Of a DNA stretch of 64,000 bases, positions 11,408-24,172 are shown in pieces. This stretch comes from Octopus vulgaris (taxonomy: Eukaryota), in the NCBI GenBank assembly GCA_951406725.2, contig OX597835.1, positions 23,870,001 through 23,934,000 of the forward strand. The letters run 5' to 3'. Within the stretch, counting starts at the first letter, position 1; every line of letters starts with the position of its first letter. A program made the position numbers and the translations under genes. The notes under the pieces were generated by a model. The model had not been told where the DNA came from and ran no database searches. It saw only the letters and a program-made list of their open reading frames with translations.

Positions 11408-12199
11408 TTGCCTTTTTTATACCTGCCGACATTTTAAAGTCAACATCATTACATATAATACATCATACTAGAGACTTCTCCCACCCCCTCAACTACCCCA
11501 TGGAACCATCACCACTGCCTCCACCTCCATCAGTCAGTGGAGAAGCAAGCACCTACGTGGTTGCTTGACCTGTTAGAAAGAGTAGTCAAATCTCTCACCA
11601 TACAATCTTAAGCAGGGAATGGGACACACTTGATAATTTAGTCCTTGATATGCAAAAATAGCTGGTTGGTCATGGTTGGAATGCCTTTTGATCACAAGTT
11701 TGCTTGATCAAGTTGACCTTGGGCTAAATGGTAACTGCTCCTACCCACCCTCTTTAATTATTTTACGTCCAACTTTCTGTTGTTCATGGCTCAGGTACCT
11801 ACTTTTGTTCTCCAGCAAGATCAGTGTCCTCTCTTGCCTTGGTCAATGTCTCACACACACACACACACACACGAACGCACGTTACACAACATTGACTGTA
11901 GCAGTCAGGTTTGAACTCATAACCATCATTATCGTTTAACATTCTCCTTCCAGCAGGCCAAGCAGAAGCATGCACCATGCTTCTCTGTGTTTGGTATGGT
12001 TTTTTATTATTTTTTTTATGGCTGGATGCCCTTCCTAACATGACCCCCCCTGCAGAGTGGGCTGAGTGCTTTTTACGTAGCACCTGCACAGGTGAGGTCA
12101 GTTTTGGCATGGTTTTTACAGCTGGGTCTCAATGATTGTAACACTGTAGACTGCTAAACTTGCCCAAGGTGGTGGTGGTACCTCTACACAACGAATATT

Positions 12200-13410
12200 A
12201 CTTAAACATACAGATATCGCATGCTGTTTATCTCAACATACTGCCAACCATACATGCATCATGATGTCTGCTGTTATCTCTATATAACAATGGCTGTTAT
12301 GTTTAACCCTCTAGCATTCAGAATGGTCATATCTGGCCAAAATATTAAACTCGTTTTATGTTGAAACCGGCCAAATCCAGCCCCTCACCTCAATCTTTCA
12401 ATGTCATTCTAAAAACTAAACAATCACATCATTGAAATCTCAAAGCTATAAGATGATTGATTCAAAATAATATGAATGGAAAAAAAAAGCTCTATATAAG
12501 CTCTCTATAATGGCTGTTATGTTTTATAAACATACAGATATATAGGCGCAGGAGTGGCTGTGTGGTAAGTAGCTTGTTTACCAACCACATGGTTCCGGGT
12601 TCAGTCCCACTGCGTGGCACCTTGGGCAAGTGTCTTCTACTATAGCCTCGGGCCGACCAAAGCCTTGTGAGTGGATTTGGTAGACGGAAACTGAAAGAAG
12701 CCCGTTGTATATATGTATATATATGTATGTGTGTGTATGTTTGTGTGTCTGTGTTTGTCCCCCTAGCATTGCTTGACAACCGATGCTGGTGTGTTTATGT
12801 CCCCGTCACTTAGCGGTTCGGCAAAAGAGACCGATGGAATAAGTACTGGGCTTACAAAGAATAAGTCCCGGGGTCGAGTTGCTCGATTAAAGGCGGTGCT
12901 CCAGCATGGCCGCAGTCAAAATGACTGAAACAAGTAAAAAGAGAAAGAGATATCTGCTGCTAGCTTCATAATATCTATGTTATTAAACATACAGACCTCT
13001 GCTGTTAACTCTGTAACATCTCTATGTTTGATAAACAGACAGGCCTCTACTCTTAGCTCAAGATACTGGCTGTCATGTCCATACAAAGATCTATATAATA
13101 AGCTCTCTATAATAGCTGTTATGTTTTATAAACATACAGACCTCTGCTGTTAACTCTGTAACATCTTTATGTTTAATAAACAGGCAGTCTTCTACTCTTA
13201 ACTCAAGAGACTGGCTGTCGTGTAGATATATATATATACATACATACATACAGATGTCTTATAATGGCTGTTATGCTATATAAGTATACAGGTTATTTGT
13301 TGCTAGTTCCATAATATCTGTATGTTTAACAAACATTCAAATGTCTCTCTCCTGCGAGCTCTGTACATTGGCTGTTATGTTTAACAAACATCAAGACATT
13401 TACTGCTGAA
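12200..13410. repeat. Degenerate ~50-bp minisatellite (ctgttatgtttaataaacatacagacctctg...) interrupted by a MITE and a SINE
   Basis: Recurrent aaacatacaga/ctgctgtta motifs on both sides of the inserted elements. Confidence 0.6.
12545..12950 (+). mobile_element. Full-length tRNA-derived SINE (GGCGCAGGAGTGGCTGTGTGG head, internal TA/TG microsatellite)
   Basis: A box TGGCTGTGTGG, B box GGGTTCAGTCCC, tail gactgaaacaagtaaaagag. Copies at 15820-16203(-), 26320-26705(-), 27077-27491(-), 29200-29540(-), 37580-37920(+) and 56705-57130(+). Confidence 0.9.
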
Positions 13411-14311
13411 ACATTAAAAAATGAATTTTTAAAAAATAAACATCAGAAGAAACTTAAAAAAAAAAAGAAAAGAAAAAACTCCATGAAGTCAAACTTAACA
13501 GAAACATATTTTAAAGCTTTATTTATAATAAATTCTATTAAAAAACTGGAACAAATGATATTTTTTTATATTTGTTATATGCATGTTATTAATAGTATTT
13601 ATGAGTTGTTACAATATTAACACCATATTGTTATAGTAATATTTATAAGAGTTTCATATTGACATTGAGTTATTATAATATTGACATCATATTGTTGTTA
13701 TGTGTGTGTTGTAAATAGTATTTATAAGAGTTATTATTATATGTATGTTGTAATATTTAGGAGTTTTATATTGTATATATATATATATGTATATATATTG
13801 ATATTGTGTTGCTATGTATTTTGTATTTATATAGTTTAATGGTTTCAAATTTTGGGACAAGGTCAGCAGTCTTAGGCTAATGTGTAAGTTGATTACATCA
13901 ACCCCAGTGCATAACTGGTACTTATTTTATCCACCCTGAAAGGACGACCTCTCCTCCTTTCAGTGGGGTCGATAAAATAAGTACCAGTTGAGCAATGGTG
14001 GTGGGGGTGTCGATATAATCGACTCAACCCTCTCCTCACAAAATTTCAGGCCTTGTGCCTTTAGAAGAAAAAAGGCGTTTATAACACTTAAATCAGAACT
14101 GTTACAAATTTACGCATGAGGCGAGCAAATTTGAAGTGGGGGAAGTTAGTCGATTACATCCTTAAACCCCCCCCCCCAATATATGGCTGGTACTTTATTT
14201 AATCAACCAGAGGTAAACTTAGCCTTGGCAGGATTTAAGAGTTAAATTATATGGTAATTACTACTAAAAACATTCACTTAGTATAACTAAATTATAGCTG
14301 TTATGTTATAG

Positions 14312-14512
14312 CAGTGCTTTTCAAACTTTTTGCTGGAGCAGAACCCCAAGGAAACATTCCACTGGCTCGAGGAACCCCTGTGCAATAATTTAATAGTCTT
14401 ATGCACACATATCTGCACAGGAGAATTAAAAATTACTGCCAATTTTAGCAGTTTTGTAACTTCTTGCGGAACCCCTGGACTGTACTGGCGGAACCCTGGT
14501 TGAAAACCACTG
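14312..14512. mobile_element. hAT-like MITE copy 1 (201 bp)
   Basis: TIRs cagtgcttttcaa / ttgaaaaccactg; imperfect 8-bp flanks tgttatag/agttatat. Confidence 0.85.
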
Positions 14513-14551
14513 AGTTATATCATTTTGTAATCGGTAAATTATTCTCACTTC

Positions 14552-14582
<31 letters not shown>

Positions 14583-16377
14583 GCAAATAAGTAACAAGGT
14601 TATCAAGGTATTAATGCATTACATTTTAACAGTCAGGCTATACTATTATAATTTTTAGCAAGTATTTCATCGGAGCTAGAGAAGGAAATAATTCCATGCT
14701 GTTACTAATGTGGCACTGAAGATGGCGCTGTATTTCAAATTGATGAAATACTTGCATTGTTTGATTAAATGGAGATGCCTGAAACCGCTGCATTGCACTA
14801 ATACCGGGACACCTTTGTTAGTTATTTGATTTTTATCCACCTTACTTTGAGCCTTGCAGATAACACTGGACTGACCTGGTGCATCAACTTAAGTACCTTA
14901 TACAACTGAATCTTAATTATTCCTTATATATATATATATATTTATCTATGTAAAACTTGCATTAAGGAGGGAGATTTACTTGAGAGGATGTGTTTACGTG
15001 TTAGTTATTCTTCCCCTAGTTAATCTGCATAAGATAGGATACAGCATGAGAAATTATATTTATATATAAATATATTATATATATATTTTTTCTCTTTTTG
15101 TAATTTCTCTGTTACCATAGATTTAATATTCTTTTCTACTCTAGGCACAAGGCCCGAAATTTTTGAGGAGGGGGCCAGTTGATTAGATTGACCCCAGTGT
15201 GCAATTTGTACTTAATTTATCGACCCTGAAAGGATGAAAGGCAAAGTCGACCTCAGAATGTAGTGGTAGATGAAATACCTATTTCTTTACTACCCACAAG
15301 GAGCTAAACACAGAGAGGACAGACAAACGGATTAAGTCGGTTATATCGACCCCAGTGCGTAACTGGTACTTATTTAATCACCCTGAAAGGATGAAAGGCA
15401 AAGTCGACCTTGGTGGAATTTAAACTCAGAACATAGTGGCAGATGAAATACCACTAAGCATTTCTTCTGGTGTGCTAATGTTTCTGCCAGCTTGCCGCCT
15501 TACCATAGATTTAATATTGATTTAAAAAAACCTAAATAGCTTTTTTTTTTTTTTTTTTCAACCATAATTTGAAATACAAATAACTACTCTGCCATTGAAT
15601 ATCATCATTTGTGTTTTGAAATACGGTTGAATAAAAAAACAATATGATGGATTTTGACCCGCAAGAAACCTATGGTAGCAGAGAATTAAAAATTTAACCA
15701 GTATTGAGTACTCCTTCTTTCAGTTTGTTACTAATGATTATGTATATAATCTTAATCCTGCTTGACCTAATGTGACAAATATTGTGCATTTTAACATATA
15801 TATGTATATAAAAATAATCTCTTTTACTGGTTTCAGTCACTGGACTGTAGCCATGCTGGAGCACTGCCTTAAAGGGGTTTTAGTGAAACAAATCAATACC
15901 AGGAGTTATTTCTTTTTGGTTTTTCTAAGTCTGATACTTATTCTGTCAGTCTCTGTTGCTGAACTATTAAGATATGGGGGAGGGGTGTAAACAAACCAAC
16001 ACCAGTCATCAAGTGGTGGAGGGGACACCTCCCCACAAATATCTATGGGTTTCTACACAGTTTCCGTCTACCAAATTCACCAACATGGCATTGAATGGGG
16101 CCTGGAGGGGTTATTATAATAGAAGACATTTGCTCAAGGTGCTGCACAATGAAACAAACCATGGGACTGCAAAGCTGGCTTCTTAACCACACAGCCACAC
16201 CTATACACTCTTTCCCCACCCCATACACTACAAACTTACGTTAAAAACACTAACTTTAGTTGTTCCACATTCTGTGTATGAGATTCAGTTTTGTACTTTA
16301 CTATTAAAATATGTAAGTACACACACACACACATATATATATACACATATATATAAAAGAGCATTGTGGTACCGAAG

Positions 16378-16608
16378 TAGAAAAGGAAAATGAAAAAAGC
16401 TTCTAACAATGTAGAAAGTTTTACAAAAACCTTTGTTTTAGGTCCAAATGCCTATCCTCAGAAGGAAGCAGTCCAAGAAATGTCTGGTTACATCAATTTA
16501 ACTACACATTTCTTGAACTGTTTCTTTCTGAAGATTGGCCTTTATGCCTGAAATATAGATTTCTTTTTTATAAAACTTTCTGCATCGTTAGCTTTCTTTC
16601 ATTTTCTA
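16378..16608. repeat. Inverted repeat whose arms carry degenerate hammerhead cores (Penelope-like remnant)
   Basis: 16378-16483 is the imperfect reverse complement of 16506-16608. The right arm has CTGAAGA...gcct-GAAA and the left arm (on -) has CTGAGGA. Confidence 0.55.
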
Positions 16609-16630
16609 CACACACACATATACACACCTT

Positions 16631-16957
16631 TAAATATAACAAAGAATTTAGTAAAATAACTTAGTTACCATTAAGCTAGTGTTAGGAACATAAATTATGA
16701 CTAAGGTTTAGTGGATGATTTTAATTCAGAACTTTTGACAAGACGTACTACAGAACCAAAAGTGGTTTCAACCGGGTTGTTATCAAAAGGGTTAAATAAT
16801 ATAACAAAGAATTTAGTAAAATGTCATTAACCTAGTGTTAGGAACGTAAATTATGACTAAAGTTTAGTGGAAGATTTTAATTCAGAACTTACAGGAACAA
16901 GACATTTGTACTACAGAGCCAGGGGTAGTTTCAGCCGGGTTGATATCAAAAGGATTA
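16631..16957. repeat. Tandem dimer of a ~165-bp piggyBac-like MITE end
   Basis: Two units, each ending atcaaaagg(g/a)TTAA. Confidence 0.6.
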
Positions 16958-17329
16958 AAGAAGGTTGTCGTGTGTGTGTGTCTTGGTCCTCCACCACTGC
17001 TTGACAACACAGTGGTGTGTTTATGTCCCTGTAACTTAGCAGTTCAGCAAATGTAACTGATAGAACAAATACCAGGCTTCAAAAGAAAATAACAAGGGTC
17101 AATGTGTTCAACTAAAATTCCTCAAGGTGGTGCCGTAGCATAGCCGCAGTCTAATGAGTGGGGAAATGTTTAGTCGGACTTACATTATTGAAAGGGTGTG
17201 TGTGTGTGTGTGTGTGTATATGTATATATATTGTATTTGGTGAAGAATAGTGTTATTGACTTCAGCCAGACCAAACCTCACTATATTTATGATGGCAAAA
17301 GTGGCAAGGGATTATCTGTGCAACTTGGG

Positions 17330-20200
17330 TAAGACAAACACCACACAAGGTATTTTATCAAAAAAAAAAAAAAAAAAAGTTATTTTATCAACCCTGAAAA
17401 GATAAAAGGCAAAGTCAGCTTAGTGAAATTTGAACTTGGAACCTAAGGAGTCAGAACATTTTGTCCGATGTGCTAATGATTCTTCTGTCTTTGTAGTAAT
17501 AGTTTCAAATTTTGGTACATGACCAACAAGTTTGGGGAATAGTCAGTATAATTGACCTCAGCAGTTAATTGCTACTTCATTTTATCAACCTTGAAAGGAT
17601 GAAGGGCAAAGTTGATCTTGGTGGGGTTTGAACTATGAACATAAAGCATCAAAACAAAATATTGCAAAGTGCTTTTTTCTAATGCTTTAATCATTCTACC
17701 AGCTCACCAATAATAATAATAATAATCCTTTCTACTGGAGGCACAAGGCCTGAAATTTGAGGGGAAGGGACTAGTTGACTACATCAACCCCAGAGTTTCA
17801 CTGGTACTTAATTTATTGACCTCAAAAGGATAAAAGGCAAAGTCGAGCTTGGCGGAATTTGAACTTAGAACGTAGTGATGGACGAAAGTATTTTGCCTGG
17901 CGTGCTAATGACTCTGCCAGCTTGCCGCCTTGAATAATTATAATAATAATAATCCTTTCTACTTAAGGCACAAGGCCTGAAATTTGTGGGGAGGGGACTA
18001 GTCAATTATATCAACCCCGAAAGGATGAAAGGCAAAGTCGACCTCGGTGGAATTTGAACTCAGAATGTAGCGATGGGCGGAATACTATTAAGCATTTCAT
18101 CCAATGCGTTAACAATTCTGCCAGATTCTCACCTCAATAACGGACATAATAAAATGTGTTCCTAGGTTCCAACATGAAATATCAACTAGGATCTTTATCT
18201 ATCACTAGGGTAAATAGACTTTTAAAAAGGCCCTTTCTGTCTGCTGCACATGTACACACACATACATACACAAACCCCTGAATTTAGTATGAGATTACAA
18301 AACTAGGAGAAGATGCCAAAAACAATATGATGTCAATAAGTTATGGTTTTATGATTTATCATTTTTTTTTTTACTAAATATATAAAATAAATAAACAATT
18401 CTATCATGGAAGAGTTACTTTAACCATTTAAGAATACACGAAAGGTTGTTATGGTTACACCCCGTTTTATTTCTTAATACTGTATACTCAGTACACCTCT
18501 GAGACCCCTGTGACATGGTTTCCAGCCGAGGCAGCTTCCATTGCATGGAAAGGAGCATAACAACTTAGTTTTTCCTTTTTTTTAGACTTTGTGCGACGTT
18601 AAATGGCTAAAAGGAATCTTCTATGATTTAATTGTTTTCTTTTCTTCAGTTTTAATTCATGGCTTTAAATGAAGCCATGAAATGAATATATTTTTTTTGG
18701 AAATATCGAAATTAATAAATAAATAAAGGTGAAAAAAAAAGAAAAAAAGAAAAAAGTTTCAACAATAACATCAACAACAATTATATTAATTGCACCTCCC
18801 CCACACCTGTAATTATTTTTTTTCTTCTTTGTAGGTGTGAAACCTGAGGTTTATTTTTTGTTTTTGTTTTTTTTTAAATTTTACTATTTGGGAGTGGGGG
18901 TGGGTGGGAATGAGGGGGAGATGTTGTAATGCATATCCCTTTCCACAAGCGGATCAGTGAAGAGGTCCCAAGTGGAGGTCAAAACGAGCTGAAGGACACA
19001 GCACAACATGTGCCACACTAACCTGCCACATGTGCCACACTAACCCTCCACCACAATCGTTATATGCATAATAATGAGTTTATAACAAAACAACAGCTGT
19101 AACGATAATAATAATGATAATAATAACTCTTTCTAATTTTTGACAAAAGGCCACCAATTTTGAGGGGAAGGGTCAGTCAATTACTTGACCGGCACCTTAT
19201 TTAATTGACCACACAGAGACGAAAGGCAAAGTCAACCTCGGTGGAAGTTGAACTTGGAATGTTAAGCTGGAAGAAATCTTACTAAGCACTTTGTTCTGTA
19301 GGCTAAGATTTCCGCCAGTTCACGGCTTTAATAATAACAATCCTTTCTACTGTAGGGCACAAGACCTGAAATTTGTGGGGAGGGGACTAATCGATTACAT
19401 TGAACCCCAGTACCCAACTGGTACTTAATTTATCAACCCCAAAGGGATGAAAGGCAAAGTCGACCTCAGCGGAATTTGAACTCAGAACGTAAAGACAGAC
19501 GAAATGCCGCTAAGCTTTTTGTCCTGTGTGCTAACGATTCTACCAGCTTGCTGCCTTAATAATAATTCTTTCTACTAAAGGTATAAGGCCTGAAATTTGT
19601 GGGGACGGGGATAGTACTTATTTTATTGACCCCCAAAGGATGAAAGGCAAAGTCAACCTCAGCAGCATTTGAACTCAGAATGTAAAGATGGACAAAATGC
19701 TGCTAAGCCGTTTGCCTGATGTGCAAACGATTCTAATTTCTTTATTGCCCACAAGGGGCTAAACACAGAGGGGACAAACAAGGACATTAAGTCGATTACA
19801 TCGACCCCAGTGCGTAACTGGTACTTAATTTATCGACCCCGAAAGGATGAAAGGCAAAGTTGACCACGGCGGAATTTGAACTCGGAACGTAACGGCAGAT
19901 GAAATACTGCTAAGCATTTCGCCCGGCATGCTAACGATTCTGCCAGCTCACTGCCTTCCACTGTTCTAATAATGATAATTGTTTCTCGTTAAACAAGGCC
20001 AGCAGTTTTTAGAAGGATAGTTGAGTACATTAACCCTAGTACTTGACCGATACTTAATTATATCAAAACCCCACCCCCTCCTCCCTGCTGCAAGGGATTA
20101 AAGGCAAAGTCAACCTTGGTGGGATTTGAGCTCAAAACAAAGAAGCAGAACAAAAACCCTTGAGGCTGATGCTTTAGCAATTCTGCCAATCCAACACCCT
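17330..20200 (-). mobile_element. Chain of head-to-tail SINEs (aaggcggcgagctggcagaa... family) linked by (AAT)n
   Basis: Repeated cccgaaaggatgaaaggcaaagtcgacctcggcggaatttgaactcagaac blocks. The central domain resembles the conserved Meta/Nin-type SINE domains (family name not verified). Confidence 0.85.
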
Positions 20201-21137
20201 TAATAATAATAATAATAACAACAATAACAATAATAATAATAACAATATGAGCAACAATGATAAGTTACAGCTTCAACAAAAATGTAAATGCAAAATTAAT
20301 CAAGACCAGGCTTCATTAATTTGCAGCTACTGGTTAATTAAATATTCCTGCTCAATAATGTCTGCAAGTGTTCATACAGGGTCATAAATTGCTTAATTAA
20401 CAACTCCCAGAATTAAAGGGTTAATTATTTGTTAACAATGTTTATTATAAATAGGCATGTTTCAAGATATATACACACACATATATATATATATACCTGG
20501 CTCTCTGTCAGGTATGATGGCAAAGGTTCCAGTTGATACGATCACCAGAACAGCCTTCTTGTGAAACTAACATCTAAGTGGCTGAGTATTCCACAAACAT
20601 GCATACTCTTAACGTAATTCTCAGGGAGATTCAGTGTGACACAGAATGTGACAAAAACTGGCCCTTTTGAACTGAGTAAACTGGAGCAAAGAAAAATGAA
20701 ATGTCTTGCTTAAGGATACAATGTATCACCGGAATAGGATCCATGGCTTCACGATCGTGTGCCAAATACTGTCGTCATTAAATCAGATGCCTTCCACATA
20801 CATACATATAAATACACACTCATCCTCACACATACACACACCTACGTATCGGTGTCAAATAATGTAGGAAGGTATTTAGCCCCAGGTCAGCCCTGATTGA
20901 ACAAACCTATGATTAAAGGTATTCCAGCCATGACTATCCCATGTTATATATATACACACACAGAGACACATGCAAATATACATTCATAAATATCTCAATG
21001 TGAAGACAGAAATTCCCAAACAATTTTACTTGAGAAATACTTTAGAATAAATAAAATATTTTGCTGTGCATTAAACTAAATTATGTCCCTTATATATTTT
21101 AGCCAATAAATAAATCTACATTCTCTAAGTTATAGAT

Positions 21138-21338
21138 CAGTGCTTTTCAATCTTTTTGCTGGAGCGGAACCCCAAGGAAACATTCCACTGGCTCGAGGAA
21201 CCCCTGTGCAATAATTTAATAGTCTTATGCACACATATCTGCACAGGAGAATTAAAAATTACTGCCGATTTTAGCAGTTTTGTAACTTCTTGCGGAACCC
21301 CTGGACTGTACTGGCGGAACCCTGGTTGAAAACCACTG
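21138..21338. mobile_element. hAT-like MITE copy 2 (201 bp)
   Basis: Same TIRs; perfect 8-bp TSD TTATAGAT; about 3 differences from copy 1. Confidence 0.92.
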
Positions 21339-21454
21339 TTATAGATAATTGATGAACTCCGTAATTCTTTAGTCAATAAACAATGCTTGAAACTTCAATT
21401 TATATTTTGAACATTTCTAAAATATAATTTTATTTTTGTGATGATACACCAATC

Positions 21455-22087
21455 TATATCTTGCATTGCACCTAACCACATCACTACACTTGCTATATCT
21501 CACAGCATACCTGGCTGCACCTTGCACTGTGTCCAGCAACATCCTTCTTCGGTTGTAGCCATATCTTGCAGCAAGCCAAGCTGCATCTTGCAAAATGCTT
21601 AGCCACATCTTGCAGCAGGCCAAGCCATATTATGCATTATGCCTTGCATCTTCTTGCAGCATGCCTTGCTATGTCTTGTAGCAAGCCTAGCTGCATCTTA
21701 CATTTTGCAGCATGCCTAGTTGCATCTTATAGCATGCCTTGTTGCATCTTGCGATGTGCCTGCCTACAGCTCACAGTATGCATAACCATGTCTTGCAACA
21801 GGCCTAGCTGCATCTTGCTGCATGCTTTGCCATCTCTTGCTACAGGCCTAGTCACATCTCACATTGTGCAGCCTGACTAGCTGCATCTTACAGTGCATCT
21901 ACATGCATCTCGGAGAATAACTAGCTACATCTCATTGCACAGCTAGCTGCATGTATTGGTGTGTCCAGCTGCATCTTGCGATGCACTTAGCTACATCAGT
22001 GCATCTAGCTTCCTCTTGTGATGTATCTGTCTACATCACGTAGAACACCTAGTCACATCTCGTGGCACATTGTTTGAGAATCACTGA
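21455..22087. repeat. Degenerate gctgcatcttgca-based repeat ending in a hAT-like terminus (tttgagaatcactg)
   Basis: Many imperfect short units plus a TIR-like end. Confidence 0.55.
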
Positions 22088-22166
22088 AGCAGGGTGTGAT
22101 TAGAGGGACGTTTGGCTGCTATTTCTAACAGGCTGTATTGTCATCATAAGACTACCGAAACAATAA

Positions 22167-22172
22167 TTTATT
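22167..22172 (-). terminator. Candidate proximal stomatin polyadenylation signal
   Basis: tttatt on + (AATAAA on -) about 520 nt past the stop. An alternative distal site lies at 13518-13523. Confidence 0.25.
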
Positions 22173-22688
22173 TGAATAAATTATTCAGAAATAAAAACAA
22201 TAACAAACATGATTTCAAGTTAATCATCTCGAATCTCATTGTCCAGGGTGGGGGGTGACAGTGGGGCAGGGGGTTTTCACTTCCTTTTGTTGTATTGTTG
22301 CTGAGTAAATTTATGATGAAATGTGTTCCATCCATGGCCAGCCCGTCTTATATATATACACATATATATGACTACGTTATCAAATGTATATCCTTTTTTC
22401 ATCTAGGACAGTAGGGTGTGATTTGAGGGAGAATTTGACTACTATTTCTTGCAGGTTCAACAACTACATAGGGATCCCCCCCCCTGGCTAAATTTTGTTG
22501 TTGTTGCTGTTAGAGGAGGATGAAGCAGTGAAGGGAGCAGGAATTCCTCCAAGCAGTATTGGGGAGTGGCCAGGGCGGAGGGCTTTGATTTTTATCTACT
22601 TTTGTGGAGTGGGGGGTGACTTTGGTTGGGGTATTTAAGAGAAAGTTGGTGGTTTTTTTTTTTGCGTGTGTGTTTGTGTTTGGTGTTG

Positions 22689-22874
22689 TTACCGTAAAAA
22701 CTGTTGTAACATGTCAATCGGTAAGGGGAATACGATTGTGGAATTCTTCTCGGCCGAGATTGTACTTAGCGTCTGGAGATAACGGAGCTGCAAAGCTGAC
22801 GGGGACTCATTGATGACGTCAGCTGCTTCCTTAAGGGCACGAGAAGCTTGATGTTCGCCTTCAGCAGCAATTAC
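22689..22874 (-). CDS. STOM: Stomatin exon 8 (terminal)
   Basis: ttgcag|[61 protein letters not shown]; contains the [10 protein letters not shown] oligomerisation motif. Confidence 0.97.
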   Translation of the reverse strand, partial: VIAAEGEHQASRALKEAADVINESPSALQLRYLQTLSTISAEKNSTIVFPLPIDMLQQFLR

Positions 22875-22984
22875 CTGCAAAGGAATGTAAAGAAAAAAAT
22901 ATATATATATATATAAAGTTTGAGTGAAATCAGTTGAAAAATGTCGAAATGCATAATGACCATACACACACACACAAACAGACA

Positions 22985-24172
22985 TCTATTTTATATCTCT
23001 TATTATAAAAGGCAGATTTTATCTGCCTCCCTTTGGGAGTTATACAAATCTACAATATAGGATTTCTTCAATTACAATTTACCTAGCATTTTTGAGAGTA
23101 CAATGCATCGCGTCATGCCAGGTCCAGTTTTTAAAATTTAAACTCCAATTAAGCAAAATTTACAGAAAACTCACATTCTGGTGTGTGTGTCAAATGCTTT
23201 TCTTAGTCTGGTTTACACCACACGCAAACGCACACACACAGTGTGCGACGAATAAAATGAAAGTAAATGTAATATTTGTTTCTGTCTATCACGCTGATAG
23301 ATACATAAGTAAAATGTATGGGAAGCTAACAGATAACAGTGAGTGAAAATGTTCTTGGAAGAGAGTAAATTAGCGACAGAGTGATTTGAGCAAGACTAAA
23401 CTGAAAGTATGAAACAGTGTTTATGTATAAACAGACGACACTTATATAAACCCTTTCGTTACCAAACCGCCCGAATTTACCTATTCATATTTAAATGAGA
23501 ATATCAGGGTAAATCTCTTTAGTACATTCGTGAAAACACGTATTATACTTCGTAAACACTTCAAATACAGTTTTGTACAAAAATCGAAGTGTAATTTTAA
23601 TTCCGTGAATTATGGGAGATTTTTTTCCGAAATTTGTTCCTATTGTGTTTTCAAAATTTGTAATTCTGACAAAAAATGGATACGAATTTCATTATATCAA
23701 GCAGCGAGTCAGAATTCGAAGGATTTTCTACTGAAGACCTTCATAAATCTAACTCTATAACTGAAAAAAAAAAGCATCTTTATATAAGAGTGAAGTTGTG
23801 TGTCTGTCCCCTTCGATTTAGATTCGTAACTACTCCCACATTTTGCCATGCAGTTTAACCAAAAGCGGGTATCTTATAGTCGTGATTCATATCGAGCCCT
23901 TCTGGGTATTAGCGCGCGTCTACGATGAGTCTACGATTTTAAAAAAATTTACCATCATATTTTTCCATTTGAATGCATTTTTTTCGCTTTTATATAAGGG
24001 AAGTAACTCTCTAAAAATATCTACGATGTGTCAACGATTTAAAAAAAAAATTTACCTTAATTTTTTTTCAATTTTTAATGCATTTTTTTGCTATTTTTTG
24101 GCTATAACTCTCTAAAATTGCTTATATAGTTATTTCCCTTACAACCCGAGCAACGCCGGGCGATACTGCTAG
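22985..24172 (+). mobile_element. Composite Helitron (outer 5' end at 22985/22996; inner complete copy at 23777-24172)
   Basis: Helitron-like A|TCtattttatatctcttattataaaa 5' end, inner A|TCtttatataag start, and a shared hairpin + CTAG|T 3' end. Confidence 0.65.

Noticed and set aside
12545-12620. SINE heads as functional tRNA genes
   Set aside because: A and B boxes are present, but there is no complete cloverleaf and each head continues into a multi-copy SINE body.
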